64,000 nucleotides of DNA from a virus (Duplodnaviria; Heunggongvirae; Uroviricota; Caudoviricetes), in IMG/VR virus record IMGVR_UViG_3300017705_000602. The stretch is one strand, 5' to 3'. Position numbers and translations under genes: made by a program. The notes beneath the pieces are model-generated. The model was not told the DNA's origin. It did not search any database and saw nothing but the letters and a program-made list of their open reading frames with translations. This document shows, one piece after another, positions 44,962 through 55,530 of the stretch; position 1 is the first letter of the stretch, and every line of letters begins with the position of its first letter.

Positions 44962-47900
44962 TAATTAATTCTCAAATTTGTTTCGGTGAAGTTGCTAACA
45001 ATTTCAACGTCTGCAACAGTTGCAGTTGATATAAACAACTCGTTTGGCCTAGCAGTAATTTCAAACAAGTCGCCAAACTCACTGTCTGCTTGACGTGGTA
45101 CAATCACAACTGAACTTAAAAACTTTGATAACTGCGTGTGAATAAAAGCGGCTAGTTCAGTATAGTAAAACTGTTCGCCAAAGTCCCAGTTGTTAATATC
45201 AAAATACTGATCTACTGCTTGTATTATTCTTGTTCTTAATTCGTTGTCGTTAATTCTTGCAGTTGGTATCTTAACTGCTTTAAATGTTGCTTGAAGTTCT
45301 TCTTGCGCTTGCGGTCCGAACAACACTTTAAATTTACCCGAGTTAAAAATAAGCTCATCGGATAAACTCTTAAAGTTATTTAGCTCTCCAAATTGTATGC
45401 GGAGATCCTCTGTTGTTGGTGCTTGCGGCATCATTAATCGTGTTCCGCCTTGCGATTTCCAAACTAAAATATCGTTGTAATATTGATTGGTTAACACAAT
45501 CATGTCGATGATATTAGTTGAACTCGGATCAACAATCTGACTAGTAGAGATATAATGATTCCACTTAAAGTAAAACGACTCTTGTTCGTTTTCCAATGTG
45601 TTCAGTGTAAATGAAGTTCCGTTACGAGAATAATGATTGCTATCTTTTATTACAGCAACACGTTGGCCGCTTTCTGTGTTTTCGGCATCAGCAACTGTAG
45701 TAAAGTTATAAAACTCTTCTATATTAGCAATACCTGTACCAGGAACGCCAACTCTAAATGATTTTTGATCGAACACAGAATCAACGCCACCGTTATCAAT
45801 ATACGTTTGCAATACTTTCTGGAAACTATCGTCCGGTATATCAATATCCGAAGCAACTACTGGCAACGTCACTGAGTCATCGCCGATATCAGCATTTGAC
45901 TCAACAATAAACAAATCGTAATCTGCAATCGAAATATCTACAAGATTTGGTGTGCCTGTATATGGCGCAACCCTTACGTTTAACAATTGCGTTCCGTCTG
46001 CATTAATTGCTGTTATCGGTGTATTAGTTGTATCTGCTTTAACTTCTACCCAAGCAGAACGCCACGGACGAGTACGCTGGTACCCATCAATATCAAAGTA
46101 ATTTTCAAACAGTACTTCGCTATCTTCGCCAACTATATCCCTAAAGCTTCGTGGATTATCAGCTGTGTTGTCTTCGTTAATATCAGTTGGCGATATCTCG
46201 ACTTTTGCAGTATCTTGAAAGCCATCGCTTTCTGTAAACACACCGGTGAGATCCCAAGGAATAGTTTTTTCTAGTCTACCCGAGTCGGTTAAATCACTCG
46301 AATTGATTCCAAGTATGCTAATAGTGTCGTATTTGGCACGACCTGATTCCGAATCAATAACAACATTCTCCGGATCCCAGTAAAAACGAACTTCGTTTAA
46401 AGACTCAAACACAGTTATAATACCACGTGTTACAAATGTGTAAAACGGATTATTACCTGACTCCGATGGTTGATACTCAACATAAACTATCCAGTCACTT
46501 GCATTACTACCGAAATCATAGCTTGCTGATGTGTCGAACCCGTTGCGTATTATAATCCAGCGATCAAGGCTTACATCGTATTTTAATGCAAATGAAGTTG
46601 AGTTATCAAACTCGGCTTGCACTTCGCTAAATTCATCCTCAGTAAAGCTAGTTCTAAACACAGGGCTTACTCTAGTAGGTATCCACAAATCGTTAATGTT
46701 TGAACCAAGCTGTACTGTACCAGTTTCGGTTATCACAGGATTGTATGCCTGCCCAAAGTTGTTAATTGACACAACCGACGTGTTTATTGTTTCTGTCTCG
46801 TCAATTGGATTTTCAAATTTAACAGTAGCACCCGATTTGATATACCCAAATGCTTCTGTTCCAGGTAACCCTACAGTCGGTGTTCCGGTAGTATCTTGTA
46901 TGTTGGTGTATGCACCACTGTTACCTGCACCGTAAGGCCAATCGTCAACACTTACGTCGGTTGCATCAGGGTTTAATATAAAGAACCCTGTTTCGTTTCT
47001 TAGCGTGTCTGGCGCAGTCTTCCAACTTATAAATTCGTCGGTATCAGTTTCTATTTTTAAGTCGAATACACCCGGATTAGCGCCTTCGAACGCAGGAACA
47101 TATTCGCTGTAGAAAAAGTTTTCTAAGTTACGATTGCCAATTGCGTCTTGTAATGCAAATGCCGCTTGCAACGACACTTCGCCTGTGCTGTTAGGTGATA
47201 GCTCTAGTTTCGAACGCTGGTTTTTAAACTCGTTGTAGATTGCACCATCTTCGCCCAGTATAGTTAAACCGTCGTGAAAGCCAGTTGGATCACGCAACGG
47301 AATATATCTGCTATGTCCGGAGTGAGTGCGGTTGATTGCTCTTAGCTTTTGTATTTCATTACCAAACGTCAACGGAAAAACATTGTAGTCTTCGTTGTTT
47401 ACCATACGGTTCTGCGTATAGTAAGTTTGCGGAGCTCGTGTTTTTACTTGTCCGTTGGTCTCAGCAGGAGCAGAGTTTGAAATCGGATTATCTAATCCAA
47501 ATGTAATTGTAACTGAATAACGCTGACCGTCCTTGCCGAAGTACGGCAGTGTAAGTTGCAAGTTGTTTGCATCTTCAGGACGTATAACAATGTTTCTACC
47601 AATGCTGGTTCTGTACCAATATCTAAAGATACCCGATGGAACATTACCAAAGTTACCATCGGAGAATTTAACAGATGCAGTATCGTTTAACCCGGAAATA
47701 ACTTCAAATATATCGCGTTCGTTGAAATTAATGCTGTTATATATAATGTTAGTACCGTTAACAGACGGCACTTTTTGCCACTTGGATTGTACTGTGCCAT
47801 CGTCGCCAATTTCTTGTACAAACACATCTGAGTTGTTAATGTTTTCGAAATTTAATTCTTGCACACGGTTAGGCTGTGGAAAATCATATCTAAAATCAGT

Positions 47901-48689
47901 GTTTGTTAATGTACCTTGTTTAAAGAACAAAAAGAAGCCTGTGTTTTCTGAACCTACACCCAAGCTGTCGTTTCTGTATATCAGGTTAAACGGATCGTTT
48001 TGATCAGGGTGACGTTCAACAAATGTTACGTCAATGTCAGGGTTAACAACATCAAACGGAACTTCTTCGCCGTTTATATTAATAGTCTGATTATAGGCAA
48101 CGTTAAGTCCTAGCACACTGTTCAGTTCGTATAGATCCGAAGGAATACCACCGACTGTGTCTCGCTTCGACGGTTGCCCAAACGGGTTAGTTTGATTTAG
48201 TGTTGCATTCAATATACTGGTAAATTGATCATACCAGTTAGGGTTGTTCGGATCATTCCAAGCAATTGGCAATCCTGATAATTCTGCGCCTGCAGAATCT
48301 CTAACTTGTTCATTGGTTGCAATAGACCTAACCTTGAATAAACCGTTGGCTGCTAAGTTTCGTTTTGGCTGATAGTTGATCAGTCTTGCAAGTCGCACAA
48401 TACTTTCGCGTCTTTGCGCAGTATCTAGTAAATTTTCTCTTGCATTTAGGTCTGTTCTAAACGACAAGCTGGTGCCTAAATATGCAAGCAATTCGATAAT
48501 TGCAACAAATTCCGAGTCAGCAGTAAAGTCGTTAAAGTCTTCAGGGTACTGAATTCGAATGTAGTCTATTAATGATTCTCTAATCGTATCAAAGTCGTAC
48601 GATGTAAAGTTGATATCCTGAAAAGACTTGTAAATTTTTACAAAGTCTTCAGCGGCAAATAAGTTTGACTGCCTTAAAATTGCTGACAT
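44961..48689 (-). CDS. gp6: Baseplate wedge subunit, T4 gp6-like
   Basis: YDFDTIRESL..Y, IELLAY, RENLLDTA.RRES...LA....Y.PKR, APQTYYTQNRMV..EDY. Confidence 0.85.
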   Translation of the reverse strand: MSAILRQSNLFAAEDFVKIYKSFQDINFTSYDFDTIRESLIDYIRIQYPEDFNDFTADSEFVAIIELLAYLGTSLSFRTDLNARENLLDTAQRRESIVRLARLINYQPKRNLAANGLFKVRSIATNEQVRDSAGAELSGLPIAWNDPNNPNWYDQFTSILNATLNQTNPFGQPSKRDTVGGIPSDLYELNSVLGLNVAYNQTININGEEVPFDVVNPDIDVTFVERHPDQNDPFNLIYRNDSLGVGSENTGFFLFFKQGTLTNTDFRYDFPQPNRVQELNFENINNSDVFVQEIGDDGTVQSKWQKVPSVNGTNIIYNSINFNERDIFEVISGLNDTASVKFSDGNFGNVPSGIFRYWYRTSIGRNIVIRPEDANNLQLTLPYFGKDGQRYSVTITFGLDNPISNSAPAETNGQVKTRAPQTYYTQNRMVNNEDYNVFPLTFGNEIQKLRAINRTHSGHSRYIPLRDPTGFHDGLTILGEDGAIYNEFKNQRSKLELSPNSTGEVSLQAAFALQDAIGNRNLENFFYSEYVPAFEGANPGVFDLKIETDTDEFISWKTAPDTLRNETGFFILNPDATDVSVDDWPYGAGNSGAYTNIQDTTGTPTVGLPGTEAFGYIKSGATVKFENPIDETETINTSVVSINNFGQAYNPVITETGTVQLGSNINDLWIPTRVSPVFRTSFTEDEFSEVQAEFDNSTSFALKYDVSLDRWIIIRNGFDTSASYDFGSNASDWIVYVEYQPSESGNNPFYTFVTRGIITVFESLNEVRFYWDPENVVIDSESGRAKYDTISILGINSSDLTDSGRLEKTIPWDLTGVFTESDGFQDTAKVEISPTDINEDNTADNPRSFRDIVGEDSEVLFENYFDIDGYQRTRPWRSAWVEVKADTTNTPITAINADGTQLLNVRVAPYTGTPNLVDISIADYDLFIVESNADIGDDSVTLPVVASDIDIPDDSFQKVLQTYIDNGGVDSVFDQKSFRVGVPGTGIANIEEFYNFTTVADAENTESGQRVAVIKDSNHYSRNGTSFTLNTLENEQESFYFKWNHYISTSQIVDPSSTNIIDMIVLTNQYYNDILVWKSQGGTRLMMPQAPTTEDLRIQFGELNNFKSLSDELIFNSGKFKVLFGPQAQEELQATFKAVKIPTARINDNELRTRIIQAVDQYFDINNWDFGEQFYYTELAAFIHTQLSKFLSSVVIVPRQADSEFGDLFEITARPNELFISTATVADVEIVSNFTETNLRIN

Positions 48690-49066
48690 TATACTTGGTC
48701 CTTGTTGTTTCTGTTGAATTTCACAAATAATTCATCAACGGTATATGACGGTAAAAACTCCAGCTGTATTGCTAAGTTAATGCCGTGATCAGTTTCAGAA
48801 ACATTCATATCTATAAAGTTAACTCGTGGTTCACTTTCAATGATTTCACGAGTGTCGTCGATTATTTGTTCGCGTGTGATGTCGTCAAATGGTTCGTACA
48901 AAAGTTCATGCGTGATGCTGCCGTAACCAGGACGCATAACTCTTTCACCTTTTCTAGTCAAGAAATGGTTAAGTAAATCCTGTTTGACCAACTCAATATC
49001 AGTCAATGTAAACGGTGGTCGAATTCTGTTGTATGTACTGAACCCGATAAACGATTGTCTTGCCAT
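48689..49066 (-). CDS. gp25: Baseplate wedge subunit, T4 gp25/gpW-like
   Basis: L.N...TRKGER.M.P.YGS....LL.EP...EPRV. Confidence 0.9.
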   Translation of the reverse strand: MARQSFIGFSTYNRIRPPFTLTDIELVKQDLLNHFLTRKGERVMRPGYGSITHELLYEPFDDITREQIIDDTREIIESEPRVNFIDMNVSETDHGINLAIQLEFLPSYTVDELFVKFNRNNKDQV

Positions 49067-49090
49067 AATGCCTTTATCCTTTGTTTTGTG

Positions 49091-49098
49091 TATTTATC
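49091..49098 (-). promoter_or_regulatory. Late promoter (GATAAATA)
   Basis: T4 late-box variant upstream of the gp25-like gene. Confidence 0.7.
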
Positions 49099-49130
49099 GA
49101 AAAATAAAACACCGTTTTTTAAAAAGATGG

Positions 49131-49159
49131 TTGACAATAATGTTCGAGTGTGCTAAAGT
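49131..49159 (+). promoter_or_regulatory. sigma70 promoter
   Basis: TTGACA(49131-49136)-17 nt-TAAAGT with an upstream TG. Confidence 0.7.
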
Positions 49160-49194
49160 ATGACTTGTGTTTAATTGCCAAAAAAGAGGAATTT

Positions 49195-49428
49195 ATGGGC
49201 AAGAAAATCAACTTCCAGTTATTCAACCGACTGGTCGAAGAAGCAGATGAGATCAATGGACGACTAGGTTTCAAACGCTTTTTTCCAATACACTCAAAAA
49301 GCGGTAAGCTGTGGGAATTTGGCATGTACGATTACAAACGTAAAAAGTATGTGTTATCAACACCCACTTCGGATCTTAACGATATCTTCGATGAGATTGA
49401 CACACTTATGGCAACAGCGAGACGATAA
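49195..49428 (+). CDS. Hypothetical protein (77 aa, start MGKKINF)
   Basis: GAGGA SD. Confidence 0.75.
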   Translation: MGKKINFQLFNRLVEEADEINGRLGFKRFFPIHSKSGKLWEFGMYDYKRKKYVLSTPTSDLNDIFDEIDTLMATARR

Positions 49429-49430
49429 TT

Positions 49431-49610
49431 ATGTCAAGAGCTGAAGCCGAACTTCAAAGACAAGTCAATGATTTACGACTTCAGCACGATATAATTAAAA
49501 GTAAGAATCGCAACTTAACAACAGAGAATGATATTCTCAGGCGCAACGTTGCGGACTTACAAGAACAACTTGCTGAATGTCATCGCGCAGTAATTAAAAA
49601 AGGAGCTTAA
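49431..49610 (+). CDS. Small coiled-coil protein (59 aa)
   Basis: MSRAEAELQRQVNDLRLQHD...; ends in the terminator. Confidence 0.65.
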   Translation: MSRAEAELQRQVNDLRLQHDIIKSKNRNLTTENDILRRNVADLQEQLAECHRAVIKKGA

Positions 49611-49624
49611 TAGCTCCTTTTTTT
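49596..49624. terminator. Bidirectional intrinsic terminator
   Basis: AAAAAAGGAGCT-TAAT-AGCTCCTTTTTT between convergent genes. Confidence 0.9.
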
Positions 49625-51530
49625 ATGAGTTCGGAGGAGTTCGATCCTCTTGACATTCAATGTCAGCTGGTTGCAGTGGATCTGATCCCGGTTCTTGTCG
49701 ACGCTGATTGACAATACCTCGATTAACATGATCGCAACAAGGTTCGTATGTCATCAATCGTTCGACAATAGTCTCGACTTTGATCATGTCTCTTAACCAC
49801 CAGTCAGGAATATCAATTAGCTTGTTTCCGTTTGCACGTATAGTTGTATCGGGGAATGTAGCTAGTGTATCAGTCTTTTCGATTAATGCCTTGACTTCAG
49901 CTGACGTTACTTCTTCAGCATCGGTTGGTGGAGTCGGTGCAACAGGACTTCCGGGCGATGCATCCGGTGGATTCGGAGCAGACGGGCTTCCTGCTTGAGG
50001 ATGCTCTAGTGTAGTTTTTTCTACAGGTCCTGTTCCTGAGACGGTATCAATGTACTTGTGCTCGTGGCTATCAAGTGTAGATTTAAGATCGTCAACATCG
50101 GCGCCACCGGTGGTTGTAATAGACCCACCGCCAATTGCTCCTGCACTAACAGTTGGTGCAATCACAGTGGTTGCATTAATAGTACCTGCAGGATCCATTG
50201 TAATTGGGCCAGCAGTTAAGTTAATACCCGACATTGAATATGTGCCTTCGCCGGACAAATTAACATCCATAGTCGAAGATTCAACGGTAGTTGCATTTGC
50301 AACCGTTAAGCTGTAATCGTCTGTACTAATATTAAATGTAGTGTTCGATATGCTGTATTCATCGGCTATTGTTTCGAACTTGCTGCCGTTAACAGTTAGA
50401 TTGTCGTTAGTTTCAATTAACTCAAATCGTGAACCAGTTTGTACATCTAGATTTTTATTTCCGTTAATCACTGTGGTAAACTGATTTTCGTGTACAGTTG
50501 TATGATGATTGTTTAGTGCTTGTACTTTTATATCACCGCCTAAGCCGGCTCCTTCGCCTACATAACCGCCTTCGGCATCTGTATCCATGGCCGCTTTAAC
50601 ATTGATGTTTTGTCCTGCTTCAATGTTTATGTCTCGATCGGCACGGAAGTTTATATCTTTTTTCGATCTGGCGCTGATACTTTCCGCAGAAAATATATCA
50701 ACATTGCCGTCTTCGTCCATTTGTATCCACGCAGTACCTTTTTTGTTTATTGCATAGATAAGGCCGTTTGTTTCGTCTATTTTTATTTGTGCGCCCGAGC
50801 GTGTTCTGAACCCAATGTATTCTGAGCCTTCTCCGTCGTCCATTACAAATGAGCTTCCGCCTAGTCTTGCTCCTGGAACATCCGGTGATTTAGGTCCTGG
50901 TGTGTTCATGCCGTAAACTTGCGATGGACTTTCTCGCTGTGCGCTACTGGTAGTTGTACCACGAATAGTATCGTTTAACAATCCTTGATTACCAATGGAT
51001 TCTGTGCGCTGCCTGTGCCAAGGTCGTACAGGTGCTAACGGTCTAGCAGTATCGCCTGATACACGATCAAATTTATTATATTCAGCAACCGGGATATTGC
51101 GCTTTTCTCTATCAACTGGAAACACCCAATGTTTGTTATTGTTACTGGCTGCAACACCCGGAATCATGTGGTTCATGTACTCTTTGAATACGCTGCCTAC
51201 CCATACTGCTCGTGACAAATCCTTGTTAGGGAAAACTACTAACACCTCGTTGTCTAAGTCCGGTGGAACGGCCCAGAACCCATACGACTGCTGAGTCTTT
51301 TCAAAGTTGTCGTACTCGTTTTCTGAATTGTTTCGCCATGAAGTAGCACCGCCAAATGGCGAGCAGTATCTGCACAAGATCCATGCGTTAGGATCTTCTT
51401 CGCGTCCTGCAAATTCAGGTATCCATACTTTTAATCTACCTGCGTGCTTGGTGTCAACAACATCTTTAACAAAGCCAATATAGGTTCCTTGCTCAGGTGA
51501 GTTGTTTCTACCAGATGAATAATTTGGCAT
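49623..51530 (-). CDS. gp5: Baseplate central spike, gp5/VgrG-like (no lysozyme domain visible)
   Basis: OB-fold YIG.VKD..D...GRLKVWIPE...PFGG...PPD...VLV; beta-helix repeats; HxH tip motif (HEH). Confidence 0.8.
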   Translation of the reverse strand: MPNYSSGRNNSPEQGTYIGFVKDVVDTKHAGRLKVWIPEFAGREEDPNAWILCRYCSPFGGATSWRNNSENEYDNFEKTQQSYGFWAVPPDLDNEVLVVFPNKDLSRAVWVGSVFKEYMNHMIPGVAASNNNKHWVFPVDREKRNIPVAEYNKFDRVSGDTARPLAPVRPWHRQRTESIGNQGLLNDTIRGTTTSSAQRESPSQVYGMNTPGPKSPDVPGARLGGSSFVMDDGEGSEYIGFRTRSGAQIKIDETNGLIYAINKKGTAWIQMDEDGNVDIFSAESISARSKKDINFRADRDINIEAGQNINVKAAMDTDAEGGYVGEGAGLGGDIKVQALNNHHTTVHENQFTTVINGNKNLDVQTGSRFELIETNDNLTVNGSKFETIADEYSISNTTFNISTDDYSLTVANATTVESSTMDVNLSGEGTYSMSGINLTAGPITMDPAGTINATTVIAPTVSAGAIGGGSITTTGGADVDDLKSTLDSHEHKYIDTVSGTGPVEKTTLEHPQAGSPSAPNPPDASPGSPVAPTPPTDAEEVTSAEVKALIEKTDTLATFPDTTIRANGNKLIDIPDWWLRDMIKVETIVERLMTYEPCCDHVNRGIVNQRRQEPGSDPLQPADIECQEDRTPPNS

Positions 51531-51531
51531 T

Positions 51532-53571
51532 TTATCTTCCGTTAGTTAAGTCGTTAGCTAAGTCCGTTGCATCAATGTTAGGATCTTTAACTGCAAACAA
51601 TGTTTGTGTGAATTTACCGTCTGAAAATTTATGCTCAACTTGTCGCACTGCATAAACTCCTGTAAACGGACTAGTAGTGTGTTCAACAAAACCGGTAGTT
51701 TCCGATTGTAAGTCAGCTGTTTGCACACTAAACAATATGCTGTTTTGTGCAAGACGACTGTTAACTGCGCCTTGGCCTTCAACTCCGTTTTTAGATTCAA
51801 GCCAAAACGGGTCGCCCTTGACTTCAATTTCAACATTTGCTAAGTCGCCGCCTTCGCCAAATGCTTGCGAAAACATACTGTTTACAAAAGGTCGTCCTGC
51901 ACCTTTGTTTCCTTCGACACTTCTGCTATAATCGTCGTCATCGCCTTTTCTGTTCTCGGCATAACTTAGTGGAAATTGTTTAAAGCCAGTATCGAATGAT
52001 TTTTGTCCATTGCGAAAGTCACTTACGTATCGCGAACTTGGCGATACACTATTCGGATCATTTCGGGATGAAGTCGAATTGTTGTTGGCTGCTTTATCAG
52101 CGTATGTAGACTGATTATCAGTTGCTATACGCGGCTGAAGTGAAGCGTTTAACAACCTTTCAAGTTGCTCGCGCTCTTCGGGCGGCAAATTTGAATTATC
52201 AATTTCTTGCTGAATCTGCTGGGCGTTGTTTGGGTTACTGATTGCAGTATTTTCTGACAGCTTTCGTGCTTGTGCAATTTCTTCGCGTATGCGCAAGTAT
52301 TCGTAATAAACTTTCGAAACATGCTGTCCTTCAACAGAGTTAGCATGCTGAGTAAACAAGCCGCCTTCCTTGGGCATGTTTACATACCATCCTAAATTGA
52401 ATCGTAAATCAAAGTCAATTACCTGATCGTTGACACCAGAGTACAAATAATCGTATCGTTTTCTTAGTAATCCTTTACTTTTAAGTTCGTCGGTTTTAAC
52501 TTTACCGTCGAGACCTGATTCCGACACTGACATTTGCAGTGTTGACATTTCGTACTTTTCGACAATATACGAAACATTCTTGACATAATCGCCGCGACCA
52601 ATATCGTACTGAGTTAATTTCACATCTGTAAAGATACGGTGCAATTGCTTTGTCTTTTCGGCGTCTGTGACATCCTGGCTACTAGCAGTAGCAGTGTTTT
52701 TAATCAGCGTTTGATATCCTGGCGAAGCCGAAACAATGCGGTTTATTGATTCGCCAATGTTTAAGTTCTTGTCGAGTGCAATTTCTCGCACAGTACGATT
52801 ACCGTCGTTGCTAAAATCACTTGTCCAGGCAGGTGCAAGTGTTGCAATGTCATCAACTAGTTTTAAGTTTGCTATGTCTTCGCTGACAGTAAATGTATAA
52901 ACGTCCGGTGCAGTTACATTGTTTACTGCTTCGTACTCAAGATTCTTGTTAATCTGAGTTTGCATGTCTGCAATTGCTTCGCCTACTGTTTCGCCTTTAA
53001 CAGTTATCTGTTTCGGGATACTCCCGACATCAGCAAAAGTACCTAAGTCACCATAATGGAATGCACGAACACTGTAAAGTGATCCTGATGCATCAACTTC
53101 TGTAATTATTTCTCGTATGCCAATTGGCCAAACCCATCTATACGATTTAAGGTCAGTAGCAGGCACTCCAGTGTCGCGATCTCGTCCTGCAAAAGTAAGT
53201 TCAAGGAAATAAGGAGCCTTACTATAGTTACGTATACCAAGTTCTCTACTTGCAAAAAATATCTGGTCTAAAAGTCCGGCTCCGTAATATTCTCGCAGAG
53301 TAAAATCAAATTGAAAACTTTCCTGATTTTTAATATTGCGTTCGGGTCCGATTACAGATCTTATTTCTAAGTCGTCAATGTTTACTTGTGTGGTTACGCC
53401 GGTTTCTGCAATGATCACTTTATTGTCACTATCAACATTACCATTTAGAATATCTACTTCTGGTATCATGTACAATTTTAAGTTGTATATTGACAAGTCG
53501 TACGAATCTAACGGGTTCGGCTGAAATTCAATATTGTTATTGCGCGGTTTAGCTGGTCCAGCTTGTGCCAT
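51532..53571 (-). CDS. Baseplate hub protein, gp27-like
   Basis: C-terminal IEVKGDPFWL...G.Y.V..VEH.FS.GKFTQ.L; position next to gp5. Confidence 0.7.
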   Translation of the reverse strand: MAQAGPAKPRNNNIEFQPNPLDSYDLSIYNLKLYMIPEVDILNGNVDSDNKVIIAETGVTTQVNIDDLEIRSVIGPERNIKNQESFQFDFTLREYYGAGLLDQIFFASRELGIRNYSKAPYFLELTFAGRDRDTGVPATDLKSYRWVWPIGIREIITEVDASGSLYSVRAFHYGDLGTFADVGSIPKQITVKGETVGEAIADMQTQINKNLEYEAVNNVTAPDVYTFTVSEDIANLKLVDDIATLAPAWTSDFSNDGNRTVREIALDKNLNIGESINRIVSASPGYQTLIKNTATASSQDVTDAEKTKQLHRIFTDVKLTQYDIGRGDYVKNVSYIVEKYEMSTLQMSVSESGLDGKVKTDELKSKGLLRKRYDYLYSGVNDQVIDFDLRFNLGWYVNMPKEGGLFTQHANSVEGQHVSKVYYEYLRIREEIAQARKLSENTAISNPNNAQQIQQEIDNSNLPPEEREQLERLLNASLQPRIATDNQSTYADKAANNNSTSSRNDPNSVSPSSRYVSDFRNGQKSFDTGFKQFPLSYAENRKGDDDDYSRSVEGNKGAGRPFVNSMFSQAFGEGGDLANVEIEVKGDPFWLESKNGVEGQGAVNSRLAQNSILFSVQTADLQSETTGFVEHTTSPFTGVYAVRQVEHKFSDGKFTQTLFAVKDPNIDATDLANDLTNGR

Positions 53572-53867
53572 TAAATTAACCTTTCGATAGTTGTTTTTGC
53601 TGGAATCGTTATAGTTGTACCAGCAGTAAAGTCGTCGATTGGGTCAATTAATACATCTTTATTTGAAATTGCAAAAATCCACCACAGTCTTGCAGATCCG
53701 TAGATTGAATCTGCTAGTAAATCAGGTCTGCGATCGTACTTGCTTTCGATAACGTATTCGCGATCGGAAACACTTGTCGGTACTTCAATTGGATCCCACA
53801 GCCCAAGATAAAAATCCTGCACTGGCGTGTCTCGATAAAAACTGGTTTGCTTGTGAAAATCGGCCAT
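53571..53867 (-). CDS. gp53: Baseplate wedge LysM-like protein, gp53-like
   Basis: RPDLLA..IYG...LWW.FA..N.....DPI.DF..G..I.IP. Confidence 0.8.
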   Translation of the reverse strand: MADFHKQTSFYRDTPVQDFYLGLWDPIEVPTSVSDREYVIESKYDRRPDLLADSIYGSARLWWIFAISNKDVLIDPIDDFTAGTTITIPAKTTIERLI

Positions 53868-54475
53868 TAAATAAATCCTCGTGAAAATAGTTTGCCTTCG
53901 CGGAAATCATCGAGATTGAAATCATCGCGTATTCTGCGCGGATTGTAGTATGTTTCAAGTGCAATGGAAATATTTAATTTTGTCGGAACATACGAATTAA
54001 AAGCCTCAACGTAAACATAATCGACATCTGGTTCAAGTGTGTACGAGTAATCTTTTACTATCACTGGTACATCATTAAACTGTTGATCACCTAAGTAATT
54101 AAACAGTATGATTCCTGGTGGTGTACCTGCATTAGCACTTGAAGCACCGAAATACGGTTTCAGTATCGATTTAAAGAAATGCATTACTGCAAGCAAGTAC
54201 CTTGCTTCAGGTACAGTCTGAGCAGTAAAATCGCCGGACACTAAAATTTCTTTCGGGTACGATTTAACATACGAAGGGTATTTGTATGCACTTTGCGCAA
54301 ACGCATAATCATCATACTCAGCTGTGCTACCAGCTTGAACTGTAGGTGTATATGGAAAATACAGCCTGTTTTGTTGGGCAAGTGGAAACAGTATATTGCT
54401 CTCACTTCTTGCACCAAACACGTTTTCGACACCGCCCGATTTTGCTCTAAGCGAACAGCGTAAGTCATTTGCCAT
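53867..54475 (-). CDS. Tail tube initiator/baseplate junction protein (gp48/gp54-like)
   Basis: FPYTPTV, G.PP.I..F..LG...F..VPV.V; GGAG SD before ATG 54475. Confidence 0.65.
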   Translation of the reverse strand: MANDLRCSLRAKSGGVENVFGARSESNILFPLAQQNRLYFPYTPTVQAGSTAEYDDYAFAQSAYKYPSYVKSYPKEILVSGDFTAQTVPEARYLLAVMHFFKSILKPYFGASSANAGTPPGIILFNYLGDQQFNDVPVIVKDYSYTLEPDVDYVYVEAFNSYVPTKLNISIALETYYNPRRIRDDFNLDDFREGKLFSRGFI

Positions 54476-54499
54476 AATATTCTCCAATCTCTATACGAC

Positions 54500-54507
54500 T
54501 ATTTATC
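54500..54507 (-). promoter_or_regulatory. Late promoter (GATAAATA)
   Basis: Heads the baseplate operon. Confidence 0.7.
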
Positions 54508-54533
54508 TTGGAAAAATACCCCTCTAGAAAAGG

Positions 54534-54562
54534 TTGACTTAGGAGAGTTTTTAGTATAAAAT
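54534..54562 (+). promoter_or_regulatory. sigma70 promoter for gp55-47-46
   Basis: TTGACT(54534-54539)-17 nt-TAAAAT(54557-54562). Confidence 0.7.
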
Positions 54563-54607
54563 ATGCTGAACAATAGAGTGTCCAATGGATTTGACACAGG
54601 AGTCAAA

Positions 54608-55519
54608 ATGGCAAAACGTAAGGTTAATTACCTCAATAACAAGGATATGTTAAAAGAGATTCACAAAAGTAAAATTAATTTTTGTGAGTACGACTCGGAA
54701 TCAGACACACTGTTTGATTCAATAGTTGACAACTTATCTGACATCACACAAGAAAAAATCACAGAAGCCAAAGAAGCACAAGCTAAACGGCTGTCCAAAG
54801 AAGCACATTTAGTTGCAGTTGAGAAATTTGATCGCGGCGAAATGGAGCAAAAAACAAAACCGAAACTGGCCACATACAAAATTGATGCAAGTGACATAGC
54901 CACTAAAGATTTAGTTTTTCGTGTTATGACTTTTGATCATATTCCCGAAGATCTCGAACGTAAGAAAACACACAAAACAGTTGCTGATCGCCATGTGAAA
55001 CTAAACTTTGTGCCGTTCAAACATTACCGTGTTAGAGACGATGCAAATGATGCACGAGATAATAGCTTTTTTGCTGTCACAAACGATGACGGCAATGAGA
55101 TTTATGTAAAGGAAGTGTTACGTTCTCATTATCACAACGGCGAATTTAACTTGACTAACGGCTCAGTTACACGCAAGCTTGCTGAAATGTACCTGCTCAT
55201 GGTTAACAAGTACGGCGAGCGTTCAAATTGGAGAGGCTACACTTACCTTGACGAAATGAAAGGGCAAGCATTGTTACAGCTTTCGCAAATGGGATTACAG
55301 TTTAACGAAGCAAAAAGCGACAACCCGTTTTCGTATTTTACTGCATCAGTAAAAAACAGTTTTACTCGTATACTAAATCTTGAAAAGCGTAACCAAAACA
55401 TTCGCGACGATTTACTTGAGCAAGCAGGTCAAGCGCCTAGCCACACACGTCAAAATGCACATGAAGAAACAGTTCGCAGGAACTGGGAAGATGCGCATCG
55501 CGTGGCTAAAGAACAATAA
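54608..55519 (+). CDS. gp55: Late-transcription sigma factor, T4 gp55-like
   Basis: NYLNNKDML, NW.GYTY.DEM, FN..KS.NPFSYFT....N.F.R....EK; upstream of gp47/gp46; AGGAG SD before ATG 54608. Confidence 0.88.
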   Translation: MAKRKVNYLNNKDMLKEIHKSKINFCEYDSESDTLFDSIVDNLSDITQEKITEAKEAQAKRLSKEAHLVAVEKFDRGEMEQKTKPKLATYKIDASDIATKDLVFRVMTFDHIPEDLERKKTHKTVADRHVKLNFVPFKHYRVRDDANDARDNSFFAVTNDDGNEIYVKEVLRSHYHNGEFNLTNGSVTRKLAEMYLLMVNKYGERSNWRGYTYLDEMKGQALLQLSQMGLQFNEAKSDNPFSYFTASVKNSFTRILNLEKRNQNIRDDLLEQAGQAPSHTRQNAHEETVRRNWEDAHRVAKEQ

Positions 55520-55530
55520 AAGGAGTTATT

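Noticed and set aside
49623-51530. T4-type lysozyme domain in the gp5-like protein
   Set aside because: No lysozyme catalytic motif visible
10490-54468. Many short + strand and alternative-frame ORFs inside the - strand operons
   Set aside because: Shadow ORFs of long genes with recognisable motifs; no SDs or promoters (except the 49131-49624 cassette)
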